Part shown: piece by piece, positions 35,751 through 44,120 of the stretch | Numbering within the stretch: the first letter of the stretch is position 1 | How the letters are laid out: every line of letters starts with the position of its first letter | NCBI GenBank assembly: GCA_031427055.1 | Contig: JANPMR010000553.1 | Span: 1 to 53,442 of the forward strand | Length of the DNA stretch: 53,442 nucleotides | DNA from: Rubrivivax sp. | GTDB lineage: Bacteria > Pseudomonadota > Gammaproteobacteria > Burkholderiales > Burkholderiaceae_C | Direction: 5' to 3' | Made by a program: the position numbers and the translations under genes | The notes under the pieces: generated by a model | What the model saw: only the letters and a program-made list of their open reading frames with translations | What the model was told of the DNA's origin: nothing | Databases searched by the model: none

Positions 35751-36602
35751 ATGAATCGCAGAGCCTTCACGATCGCGCCCGTTGCGGCCGGTCTGCTGGC
35801 AGGCTGGGGCGCGTTGTCGCGCGCCACAGCGCAGTCGAGCTTCAAGCTGCAGGCGCCCACCGCGCTGCAGCCCACGCCGCAGGGCTGGACCTTCCTGGCC
35901 CTGGCGGACGGCAATCTCGCCGCGGTCAACCGACGCGGTGCCGCGGGCAAGGTCGAGGTTCACATCCTGGACGCCGGCGCCGGCTACCAGCGCTTTGCGA
36001 TGCAGGTGGAGACGGCGATGCCCGCCGCCGACGACAATTTTGACTTCGTCGCGCTGCCCAACCGCGACATCGCCGGCATCCATCGCGGCGGCGCTGGCGG
36101 GCGCACCGAGATCCATGTGCTGGATGCTTCCAAGAGCTACAAGGCCTTCAGGATGCAAGCGCCGACCGCGCTGCCCACCACCGACCGGCGCTGGGCTTTC
36201 GGCGCCGATGGCGACGGCAACCTGGTCGGCGTCAACCGCCTGGGCATGAGCGGCAAGACCGAGATCCACGTTGTCGATGCCGACAAGAAGTACGCGCGCT
36301 TCAAGCTGCAGGCCGAAAGCGCACTGCAGGCATCCGACTCGACCTGGGACTTCGGCGTGCTGGCCAATGGCGACGTGTTGGGCATCAACCGCCGTGGTGA
36401 GTCGGGCAAGACAGAGTTCCATGTGCTCGACGCGGCCAAGGACTACAAGCGCTTCAAGCTCCAGATGCCGAGCCCGTTGGCCGCCGCCGACAACGAGTGG
36501 AAGTTCGCGGTGCGCGGCAACGGCGATGTGATGGCCGTGCGCACGCACGGCGGCGCCAGCGGCAAGACCGAACTGCACATCATGGGCAGCGCCAAGGGCT
36601 GA
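35751..36602 (+). CDS. Secreted protein of five ~51-aa tandem repeats (putative beta-propeller)
   Basis: AAGGAG RBS; MNRRAF twin-arginine-like signal; five repeats with consensus F-x-(L/M)Q...(W/F)-x-F...G(K/R)(T/V)E-x-H. Confidence 0.8.
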   Translation: MNRRAFTIAPVAAGLLAGWGALSRATAQSSFKLQAPTALQPTPQGWTFLALADGNLAAVNRRGAAGKVEVHILDAGAGYQRFAMQVETAMPAADDNFDFVALPNRDIAGIHRGGAGGRTEIHVLDASKSYKAFRMQAPTALPTTDRRWAFGADGDGNLVGVNRLGMSGKTEIHVVDADKKYARFKLQAESALQASDSTWDFGVLANGDVLGINRRGESGKTEFHVLDAAKDYKRFKLQMPSPLAAADNEWKFAVRGNGDVMAVRTHGGASGKTELHIMGSAKG

Positions 36603-36651
36603 CGCGCGCGCGGCCCCGGGTGCGGCCCGGCCGCTTTGGCCTCAGTCGGCC

Positions 36652-37635
36652 TCAGTCGGCCTTTGCGCCCGACGCCGCCACCACGCCGCGGTACTTCTGC
36701 AATTCGGCCTGCGCAAAGGCCGCAAATTGGGCCGGCGTGGTGGGTGAGGGCTCGGCCATCAGCGTGGCCATGCGGGCCTTGAACTCGGCCGATGACAGCG
36801 CGTCCACAAAGGCGCGGTTCAGGCGCGTCGTGGTCTCGGCACTCAGGCCGGCGGGGCCGAAGAGGCCGAACCAGGTGCTGATGTCGAAAGCCGTCAGGCC
36901 CAGGGCAGCGCCGGCCTGCGCCACCGTGGGCACGTCGGGCATGGCACTGGAGCGCGTGGCCGTGGTCACGGCCAGCGCCTTGAGCTTGCCGCTGCGGATA
37001 TTGACCGAGGCCGCGGCCAGGTTGTCGAAGTTGAAGTCGACCTGCCCACCCACCAGCGCCAGTTGCGCCGGCGGCCCGCCCGCGTAGGGGATGTGCACCG
37101 CGAACACGCCGGCCTGGGCCTTGAACATCTCGCCCGCCAGATGGCCGGCGCTGCCATTGCCGCCACTGCCGTAGTTCAGCCGCCCGGGATTGACCTTGGC
37201 ATAGGCCACCAGATCAGCCAGGGTGCCGATCTTCAGGCGCGCCGCGGTCTCGGCGTTGATGACCAGCACGTTGGGAACCTGCGCCACGAGCGTGATGGGC
37301 GTGAAGTCACGCACCGGGTCGTACGGAATCTTGCTGTAGAGCCACGGGTTGATGGCGTGCGTGGCCACCGCGCCCATCACCAGGCTCAACCCGTCCGGCG
37401 CGCTCTTGGCGACGAGGTCGGCGCCCAGGTTGCCGCCCGCGCCGGGGCGGTTCTCGACCACCACCAGGCCCAGGCTGTCCTTCACGCGTTCGGCCAGCGC
37501 GCGCGCGGCAATGTCCAAGGGCCCGCCGGGCGGGTAGGGCACGATCAGACGAATCGGCTTGGCTTGCGCCCAGGCAGTGGGCAGCGCCAGCGCGGCCGCG
37601 GCCGTCAGCAGCGTGCGGCGGTCAAGGATTGCCAT
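36652..37635 (-). CDS. Bug/TctC tripartite tricarboxylate transporter substrate-binding protein
   Basis: IVPYPPGGPLD, ENRPGAGG, YGSGGNGSAGHL, HIPYAG. Confidence 0.92.
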   Translation of the reverse strand: MAILDRRTLLTAAAALALPTAWAQAKPIRLIVPYPPGGPLDIAARALAERVKDSLGLVVVENRPGAGGNLGADLVAKSAPDGLSLVMGAVATHAINPWLYSKIPYDPVRDFTPITLVAQVPNVLVINAETAARLKIGTLADLVAYAKVNPGRLNYGSGGNGSAGHLAGEMFKAQAGVFAVHIPYAGGPPAQLALVGGQVDFNFDNLAAASVNIRSGKLKALAVTTATRSSAMPDVPTVAQAGAALGLTAFDISTWFGLFGPAGLSAETTTRLNRAFVDALSSAEFKARMATLMAEPSPTTPAQFAAFAQAELQKYRGVVAASGAKAD

Positions 37636-38662
37636 GCTTGTCGGCCTCGGAGGTGAATGAATCGGCATAGAACTCGTCGACCGGCAGGCCGCAGTGCGCG
37701 ATGAAGTCAGCTTGCGCCGAGTCCACCATGATCGGCACGCCGCAGGCATAGACCTGGTGCGCCGACAGGTCGGGCAGATCGGCCATCACGGCCTGGTGCA
37801 CGAAGCCGGTGCGACCCGTCCAGGCGTCTTCGGCGGCGGGCTCTGACAGCACCGGCACATAGCGCAGCCACGGCAACGCGGCGGCCTGTTCTTCGCACCA
37901 GGCGTGCTGGTAGAGGTCGGCCTTGCGGCGGCAGCCCCAGTAGAGCGTGGTGGTCCGCGTGTTGCCCTTGTGCTGCAGATGCTGGATGAGCGCCTTGATC
38001 GGCGCGAAGCCGGTGCCGCTGGCCAGCAGCACGATCGGCTTGGCGCTGTCCTCGCGCAGGAAGAAGCTGCCGAAGGGGCCCTCCATGCGCAGGATGTCCT
38101 TCTCCTTCATCGCCGTGAACACGTGCTCGGTGAACTTGCCGCCGGGCATGTGGCGCAGGTGCAGTTCGATGGCCGGCGGGCTGCCCAGATCGTGCGGCGC
38201 ATTGGCCATGCTGTAGCTGCGCCGCGCGCCATCGCGCAGGATGAATTCGACGTACTGGCCGGCGCGGTATTGCAGGTTCTGATTGGCTGGCAGTTGCAGG
38301 CGCAGCACGGCCACGTCGGGCGCCGGCCGCTCGATGCTGATGACGCGGCTGGGCAGCTTCAGCACCGGATGCTCGCCGGCACCCGGCACGCTGCGCGCCT
38401 CCACCACGCAGTCGGTCTGCGGCACGGCGCAGCAGGTCAGGATGAAGCCGGCTTGCTCTTCGGCCAGCGGCAGTGCCTTGAGCTGGTGCGTGCGGTGCAC
38501 CACGCGGCCCTCGACCAGGCGGCTCTTGCACGAGCCGCAGGCGCCGTCGCGGCAGCCGTAAGGCAGGCCGATGCCCTGGCGAATGGCGGCGGGCAGGATG
38601 GCCTCGTCGGGCTCGACCGTGAAGCTGCGGTCGGCGGGTTTGATCTGGACGGTGAAGGTCAT
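37622..38662 (-). CDS. 2Fe-2S/FAD/NAD oxidoreductase (CDP-6-deoxy-delta-3,4-glucoseen reductase family)
   Basis: CRDGACGSCK ferredoxin motif, RSYSMA FAD motif, ASGTGFAP, YACG. Confidence 0.88.
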   Translation of the reverse strand: MTFTVQIKPADRSFTVEPDEAILPAAIRQGIGLPYGCRDGACGSCKSRLVEGRVVHRTHQLKALPLAEEQAGFILTCCAVPQTDCVVEARSVPGAGEHPVLKLPSRVISIERPAPDVAVLRLQLPANQNLQYRAGQYVEFILRDGARRSYSMANAPHDLGSPPAIELHLRHMPGGKFTEHVFTAMKEKDILRMEGPFGSFFLREDSAKPIVLLASGTGFAPIKALIQHLQHKGNTRTTTLYWGCRRKADLYQHAWCEEQAAALPWLRYVPVLSEPAAEDAWTGRTGFVHQAVMADLPDLSAHQVYACGVPIMVDSAQADFIAHCGLPVDEFYADSFTSEADKHGNP

Positions 38663-38730
38663 GGCGAAGGGATCGGACACGTAAACTCGTTCGCGATTGT
38701 GCCCGCGCACCCATCGCCCCCAGGTCACCG

Positions 38731-39627
38731 ATGCCCTACGCACCTCCAGAGCCGCCCCGCGCGCGCCGCGCCAGCCTGCTGATCGTCGGCTGCGGCGATG
38801 TGGGCGTGCGCGTGCTGCGCCTGCTGGCCGGGCGCTGGCGTGTGCTGGCGCTGACCTCATCGCCGACGCGCATGCCCCTGCTGCGTGCTCTGCGGGCCGT
38901 GCCGCTGTGGGGCAACCTGGATGAGCCGTCCACGCTGGGCCGCTTGGCAGGCCTGGCCGATGCCGTGCTTCACCTGGCGCCGCCGCCGGGGCACGGCGCG
39001 CACGACGCCCGCACGCGCGCGCTGCTGCAGGCCCTGGCCCGCGGCGGGCGCGTGCGCAAACTGGTCTACGCCAGCACCAGCGGCGTTTACGGCGACTGCC
39101 AGGGTGCGCGCTTCGACGAGACACGCGCTGTCAAGCCGGCTACCGACCGCGCCCGCCGGCGCGTCGATGCCGAGGAACAGGTGCGCCGCTTCGGCCGTCG
39201 TCACGGCGTGAACGTGTCGATACTGCGCATCCCCGGCATCTACGCCGTCGACCGCGAAGGCGGCCATCCGCGCGACCGGCTGTTGCGCGGCACGCCGGTG
39301 TTGCGCGACGCGGACGACGTCTACACCAACCACATCCACGCCGACGATCTGGCGCGCGCCTGTGTCGCCGCATTGATGCGCGGCGCGCCACAGCGCCTGT
39401 ACCACGCCAGCGACGACAGCGAACTGAAGATGGGCGACTACTTCGACCTCGCGGCCGACCTCGCGGGCCTGCCGCGCCCGCCGCGCATCGCGCGAGCGCA
39501 GGCCGCGCAGCAACTCGGCCCGATGCTGATGAGCTTCATGAGCGAGTCGCGCCGGCTCGACAACCGGCGGCTCAAACAGGAACTGGGATTGCGCCTGCGC
39601 TACCCGACGGTGGCCGACGGGCTGTGA
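38731..39627 (+). CDS. NAD-dependent epimerase/dehydratase (atypical SDR, YeeZ-like)
   Basis: IVGCGDVG, YASTSGVYGD, LRIPGIY, NHIHADDLA. Confidence 0.85.
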   Translation: MPYAPPEPPRARRASLLIVGCGDVGVRVLRLLAGRWRVLALTSSPTRMPLLRALRAVPLWGNLDEPSTLGRLAGLADAVLHLAPPPGHGAHDARTRALLQALARGGRVRKLVYASTSGVYGDCQGARFDETRAVKPATDRARRRVDAEEQVRRFGRRHGVNVSILRIPGIYAVDREGGHPRDRLLRGTPVLRDADDVYTNHIHADDLARACVAALMRGAPQRLYHASDDSELKMGDYFDLAADLAGLPRPPRIARAQAAQQLGPMLMSFMSESRRLDNRRLKQELGLRLRYPTVADGL

Positions 39628-39634
39628 GCGGCAA

Positions 39635-40225
39635 TCAACGCCGGCGGCGGCCGAATGGGGGCTGGCCGCGCCAGTAGCGGATCATCAGGTAGCCGCCCGC
39701 CATGCCACCCAAGTGCGCAAAGTGCGCCACGTCGCCGCGGTCCATCAGGCCCATCACCAGTTCAATGGCGCCGAAGACGATGACGAAGGTGCGCGCCTTC
39801 ATGGGAATGGGCGGAAACAGCGGCATGATGATGCGGTTGGGAAACAGCATGCCAAAGGCCAACAGCAGCGCGAACAGCGCGCCCGAGGCGCCGACTGTCG
39901 GTGTCCTCGACCCGGTGAGCGCCGTGATCAGCATCTGCGCCGCGGCTGCTGCCAGCACGCCGGCGAGCAAGAACTGCCAGTAGCGTCGCTGCCCCCAAAG
40001 ACGTTCGATCTCCGAGCCAAACATCCACAGCCCGAGCATGTTGAAGAACAGATGCAAGAGGCTGCCATGCAGGAAGGCGTAGGTCACTACCTGCCAGGGC
40101 ATGAAGTTGCCGCTGCCCAGCGGAAACAACGCAAACAGGCCGTTCAGGAAGACGATCTGCTGCACGCAGAAGATCGCCGTGCAGGCCAGCATCAGGTACT
40201 TGGTGATCGGTGGAATGGGCGGCAT
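39635..40225 (-). CDS. Rhomboid intramembrane serine protease
   Basis: FLHGSLLHLFFNM, VGASGA catalytic Ser, AHLGG catalytic His. Confidence 0.92.
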   Translation of the reverse strand: MPPIPPITKYLMLACTAIFCVQQIVFLNGLFALFPLGSGNFMPWQVVTYAFLHGSLLHLFFNMLGLWMFGSEIERLWGQRRYWQFLLAGVLAAAAAQMLITALTGSRTPTVGASGALFALLLAFGMLFPNRIIMPLFPPIPMKARTFVIVFGAIELVMGLMDRGDVAHFAHLGGMAGGYLMIRYWRGQPPFGRRRR

Positions 40226-40259
40226 GACGGCTGCGCTTGGGTGGGGCGGTATGCCCGGC

Positions 40260-40344
40260 TGGTGCCCTCGGCCAGACTCGAACTGGCACGCCTTGCGGCG
40301 GCGGATTTTGAGTCCGCTACGTCTACCGATTTCGTCACGAGGGC
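40260..40344 (-). tRNA. tRNA-Leu(CAA)
   Basis: GCCCTCGTGACGAAATCGGTAGACGTA-GCGGA CTCAAAA TCCGC-long variable arm-GTTCGAGT...GAGGGCACCA; 85 nt. Confidence 0.96.
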
Positions 40345-40467
40345 GCTTGCGCGCAAGGTCTGCGCAGCGTGGCGGATTATCACATGCGGGCCTGCGGCAC
40401 CCAGTGGCCCGCCGCCGGCGGGCCATGGCGGGCACTGCGACAATCCGCCCCGACTGAGGAGCCCGAC

Positions 40468-41382
40468 ATGCCAGAAGCACCTGCTTACCGCACCCTGGAA
40501 GACGTCATCGGCGGCACGCCGCTGGTGCGCCTGCAGCGCTTGCCCGGTGAGCACGGCGTGCTGCGCGGCAACGTCATCCTGGGCAAGCTCGAAGGCAACA
40601 ATCCTGCCGGCAGCGTCAAGGACCGTCCAGCCATCAGCATGATCCGCCGCGCCGAACAGCGCGGCGAAATCCGCCCTGGCGACACACTGATCGAAGCCAC
40701 GAGCGGCAACACCGGCATCGCGCTGGCGATGGCCGCTGCGATCCGTGGCTACCGCATGGTGCTGATCATGCCGGAGGACCTGTCGATCGAGCGCGCACAG
40801 ACCATGAAGGCCTTCGGTGCCGAACTGATCCTGACACCGCGCTCCGGCGGCATGGAGTACGCGCGCGATCTGGCCGAGCGCATGCAGAGTGAGGGCAAAG
40901 GCCGCGTGCTCGACCAGGTCGCCAACGCCGACAACCCCCGCGTGCACTTCGAGACCACGGGCCCTGAGATCTGGGACGACACGGCGGGACGTGTCACGCA
41001 CTTCGTCAGTGCCATGGGCACGACGGGCACGATCACCGGCGTTTCGCGCTACCTCAAGTCGATGAACCCGGGCGTGCGCATCGTCGGCGCGCAGCCGCAG
41101 GAAGGCTCACGCATTCCTGGCATCCGCAAATGGCCGCAGGCCTACCTGCCGAAGATCTACGACCCGGCGGCGGTCGATGAACTGGTGCTGGTGAGCCAGG
41201 CCGACGCCGAGGACATGGCGCGCCGCATGGCGCGCGAAGAGGGTTTGTTCGCCGGCATCTCTGCAGCCGGCGCTTGCTGGGTGGCCTTGCAGATCGCGCG
41301 CCAGGTGCAGGGCGCAAGCATCGTCTTCATCGTCTGCGACCGCGGCGACCGATATCTCTCGACAGGCGTCTTCCCCGCATGA
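40468..41382 (+). CDS. cysM: Cysteine synthase B
   Basis: NPAGSVKDR, EATSGNTG, MGTTGTITG, IPGIRKW, CDRGDRYLS; GAGGAG RBS. Confidence 0.93.
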   Translation: MPEAPAYRTLEDVIGGTPLVRLQRLPGEHGVLRGNVILGKLEGNNPAGSVKDRPAISMIRRAEQRGEIRPGDTLIEATSGNTGIALAMAAAIRGYRMVLIMPEDLSIERAQTMKAFGAELILTPRSGGMEYARDLAERMQSEGKGRVLDQVANADNPRVHFETTGPEIWDDTAGRVTHFVSAMGTTGTITGVSRYLKSMNPGVRIVGAQPQEGSRIPGIRKWPQAYLPKIYDPAAVDELVLVSQADAEDMARRMAREEGLFAGISAAGACWVALQIARQVQGASIVFIVCDRGDRYLSTGVFPA

Positions 41383-41930
41383 ACGTTGAAGCACGGTTCT
41401 GCCTGAGCTGCGGTGCAGGCCTGCACCTGCTGACGCAGGACGAAGACGGCGGCCCCAAACAGCGGCTGCGCTGCGCCGCCTGCGGATGGACGCACTGGAA
41501 CAACCCCACGCCGGTGCTGGCCGCTGTCATCGAGTGCAGTGACCGGGACGGCCGCGTGCTTCTGGCGCGCAACGCGGCCTGGCCCGGGCGGATGTTTGCG
41601 CTCATCACCGGCTTCATGGAGGCCGGCGAGACGCCTGAGCAAGGCATCACACGCGAGATCGCCGAGGAGACCTCGCTCGAAGTGCAGCAACTGGCCTTGA
41701 TCGGCGTCTACGACTTCCAGCGCATGAACCAGCTCATCGTCGCCTACCACGCGGTGGCGCACGGCGAGGTGCGGCTGTCGCCCGAACTGGCCGAGTACAA
41801 GCTCTTCGCGCCAGCCGACATCCGCTGCTGGCGTGCCGGCACCGGCTATGCGCTGGCCGATTGGCTGCGCACGCGCGGCCACGAGCCGCAATTCATCGAG
41901 TTGCCGCCCCGAAACCCCACAGTCTCCTAG
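41379..41930 (+). CDS. NUDIX hydrolase with N-terminal zinc ribbon
   Basis: CLSC...CAAC, Nudix box GFMEAGETPEQGITREIAEETSL. Confidence 0.88.
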   Translation: MNVEARFCLSCGAGLHLLTQDEDGGPKQRLRCAACGWTHWNNPTPVLAAVIECSDRDGRVLLARNAAWPGRMFALITGFMEAGETPEQGITREIAEETSLEVQQLALIGVYDFQRMNQLIVAYHAVAHGEVRLSPELAEYKLFAPADIRCWRAGTGYALADWLRTRGHEPQFIELPPRNPTVS

Positions 41931-41941
41931 AATCCATAACC

Positions 41942-42172
41942 ATGGAAGCACCTGCCAAAGAACTCGACGCGCGCGGCCTGAACTGCCCGCTGCCCATCCT
42001 CAAGGCCAAGAAGGCGTTGGCCGAAATGGTTACCGGTGAGCTGCTGCGCGTGGTCTCCACCGATCCCGGCTCGATGCGCGACTTTCAGGCCTTCGCACGC
42101 CAGACCGGCAACGAGCTCGTCGAGCAGATCAGCGTCGCCGATGAGTTTGTGCACCTGATCCGTCGGCGCTGA
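41942..42172 (+). CDS. tusA: Sulfurtransferase TusA/SirA family
   Basis: LDARGLNCPLP motif. Confidence 0.88.
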   Translation: MEAPAKELDARGLNCPLPILKAKKALAEMVTGELLRVVSTDPGSMRDFQAFARQTGNELVEQISVADEFVHLIRRR

Positions 42173-42195
42173 ATCTGCGCCGCGAGAGCCTGCAG

Positions 42196-43074
42196 TCAGA
42201 GCTTCAGTCCACCCAGAAACTGCCGGAAGCCCGGGCCCAGCTGCGGGTGCGCCAGCGCGAGCTCGACATTGGCCTCGAGGAAGCCCTCCTTGCTGCCGCA
42301 GTCGTAGCGCTTGCCCTCGTAACGGTAGGCAAATACCTTCTCGCGGCGCAGCAGCGAGGCAATGCCATCGGTGAGCTGGAGTTCGCCGCCCACACCGCGG
42401 GGCTGGGTTGCAATTTCGTGAAACACGCCCGGCGTCAGGATGTAGCGTCCGGCCACGCCCAGGCGCGACGGCGCAGTCTCGGGCGAGGGCTTCTCGACGA
42501 TGCGGTTGATGTCGATCAGGCGCTCATTCACCTCGGTGCCGGCGATGATGCCGTAGCGGCTGGTGTGCTCGAGCGGCACCTCTTGCACCGCGATGATCGA
42601 GACGCGCCACTCGGCGTACTGTTCCACCATTTGCGCCAGCACGGGCGGGCTGCCCACCATCAGGTCGTCGGCCAGCAGCACCGCAAAGGGCTGGTTGCCC
42701 ACCAGGCGCTCGCCGCACAGTACGGCGTGGCCCAGGCCCAGCGCCTGCGGCTGGCGCACATAGATGCACTCCATGTCGTCGGGCTTGACGCTGCGCACGA
42801 TGTCCAGAAGCTCCTGCTTGCCGGCCTTTTCGAGCGCCACCTCGAGCTCGAAGGTCATGTCGAAGTGGTCCTCGATCGGGCGCTTGTGGCGGCCGGTGAC
42901 GAAGATCATCTCTCGTACACCCGCTGCGTAGGCTTCCTCCACCGCATATTGGATGAGCGGTTTGTCGACGACGGGCAGCATCTCTTTGGGCTGCGCCTTG
43001 GTGGCCGGAAGGAACCGGGTTCCGAGGCCGGCGACCGGGAATATTGCCTTTTGTACGCGCATTTGAGTGTTCAT
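42196..43074 (-). CDS. galU: UTP--glucose-1-phosphate uridylyltransferase
   Basis: PVAGLGTRFLPATKAQPKEMLP, VEKP, YDCGS. Alternative start at 43062. Confidence 0.95.
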   Translation of the reverse strand: MNTQMRVQKAIFPVAGLGTRFLPATKAQPKEMLPVVDKPLIQYAVEEAYAAGVREMIFVTGRHKRPIEDHFDMTFELEVALEKAGKQELLDIVRSVKPDDMECIYVRQPQALGLGHAVLCGERLVGNQPFAVLLADDLMVGSPPVLAQMVEQYAEWRVSIIAVQEVPLEHTSRYGIIAGTEVNERLIDINRIVEKPSPETAPSRLGVAGRYILTPGVFHEIATQPRGVGGELQLTDGIASLLRREKVFAYRYEGKRYDCGSKEGFLEANVELALAHPQLGPGFRQFLGGLKL

Positions 43075-43145
43075 TGAATTCGAATGACGACCGATTGTGG
43101 CATGTGCTACTTCGCTGTTTTCGTGACAAAGCCTAGCCTCAAGCG

Positions 43146-44120
43146 ATGGATGTCCTGATCGTCGAACCCCTCGACGCCGACGTGCTGCACTGGTTGAGTG
43201 CAAGGCATGCGGTGCGGGTGGCGCCCGAGCTCGCGCACGACGCGAGGCCGCTGCGTGCCGCCCTGTCGCAGGCCCGCGCGGTCATCATCCCACCCTCGGT
43301 GGCGCTCGACGCACCGACGCTGCAACGCGCGCCGCGCCTGCGCCTGGTGGGCCGGCTGTCGATGGGTGCCGAGAACATCGACCTCGAGGCTTGCGCGCGC
43401 GCCGGCATCGAGGTCGTGCGGCCGGCCAGCGCCAGCGCCGCGGCCGAGGCCGAATTCGTCATCGGCGCACTGCTGCAGATGCTGCGCCGCGTGCCCATCA
43501 TCAACGGCGAAGGCTTGCTGGTGGGCCGCGAACTCGGCGGCGCCACAGTCGGCGTGATCGGCATCACGCCGACCATCAAACCGCTGTCGACCCTGCTCGC
43601 GGCCTTTGGCTCGCGCGTGATCGGCTACGACCCCAGCGTGCACGCGTCGGACTCGATCTGGGCGCGCTCGGGCGTCGAGCCCGTGGGCCTGCGCGAGCTG
43701 GTGCGCGGCAGCGACGCGGTGTGCGTGCTGCTGACCTATTACAGCCGCTACAGCGGCCTGATGGGTGCGCGGCTGCTGTCCGAAGCCAAGCTCAACCAGG
43801 TGATCGTCAGCCTGACGCATTCCAACCTCTTCGAAGAAGTTGCGCTGGCCCGCGCGCTGTCCGAGGGCCCGCTGGCTGCCGCCTGGTTGGACAGCCTGGA
43901 GCCTGGCGCGCTCGATCCCGGCCGGCCGCTGCGCCACATCGACACCCTGCAGATCACGCCGCGCGTCAGCGGCACCACGCACGAGTCGCGCGTGCGCGCA
44001 GCCTGGGCCGTGGCACGGCGCATCGACGACGTGCTGATGGCCCTGCAGGGCCGCGCCGAGTTCAGGACGACGCAGCCAGACGCGCTTGCTGATCTTGAAG
44101 ACGGGCCAGAGCCTGCCTGA
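43146..44120 (+). CDS. D-2-hydroxyacid/phosphoglycerate dehydrogenase homologue with degenerate motifs
   Basis: [35 protein letters not shown] and ITP match the fold, but GxGxxG and catalytic residues are altered. Confidence 0.75.
   Translation: MDVLIVEPLDADVLHWLSARHAVRVAPELAHDARPLRAALSQARAVIIPPSVALDAPTLQRAPRLRLVGRLSMGAENIDLEACARAGIEVVRPASASAAAEAEFVIGALLQMLRRVPIINGEGLLVGRELGGATVGVIGITPTIKPLSTLLAAFGSRVIGYDPSVHASDSIWARSGVEPVGLRELVRGSDAVCVLLTYYSRYSGLMGARLLSEAKLNQVIVSLTHSNLFEEVALARALSEGPLAAAWLDSLEPGALDPGRPLRHIDTLQITPRVSGTTHESRVRAAWAVARRIDDVLMALQGRAEFRTTQPDALADLEDGPEPA

Noticed and set aside
35751-36602. Possible CRISPR or DNA repeat array
   Set aside because: Repeats are ~153-nt degenerate coding repeats conserved at protein level, with no identical repeat-spacer pattern and no cas genes.
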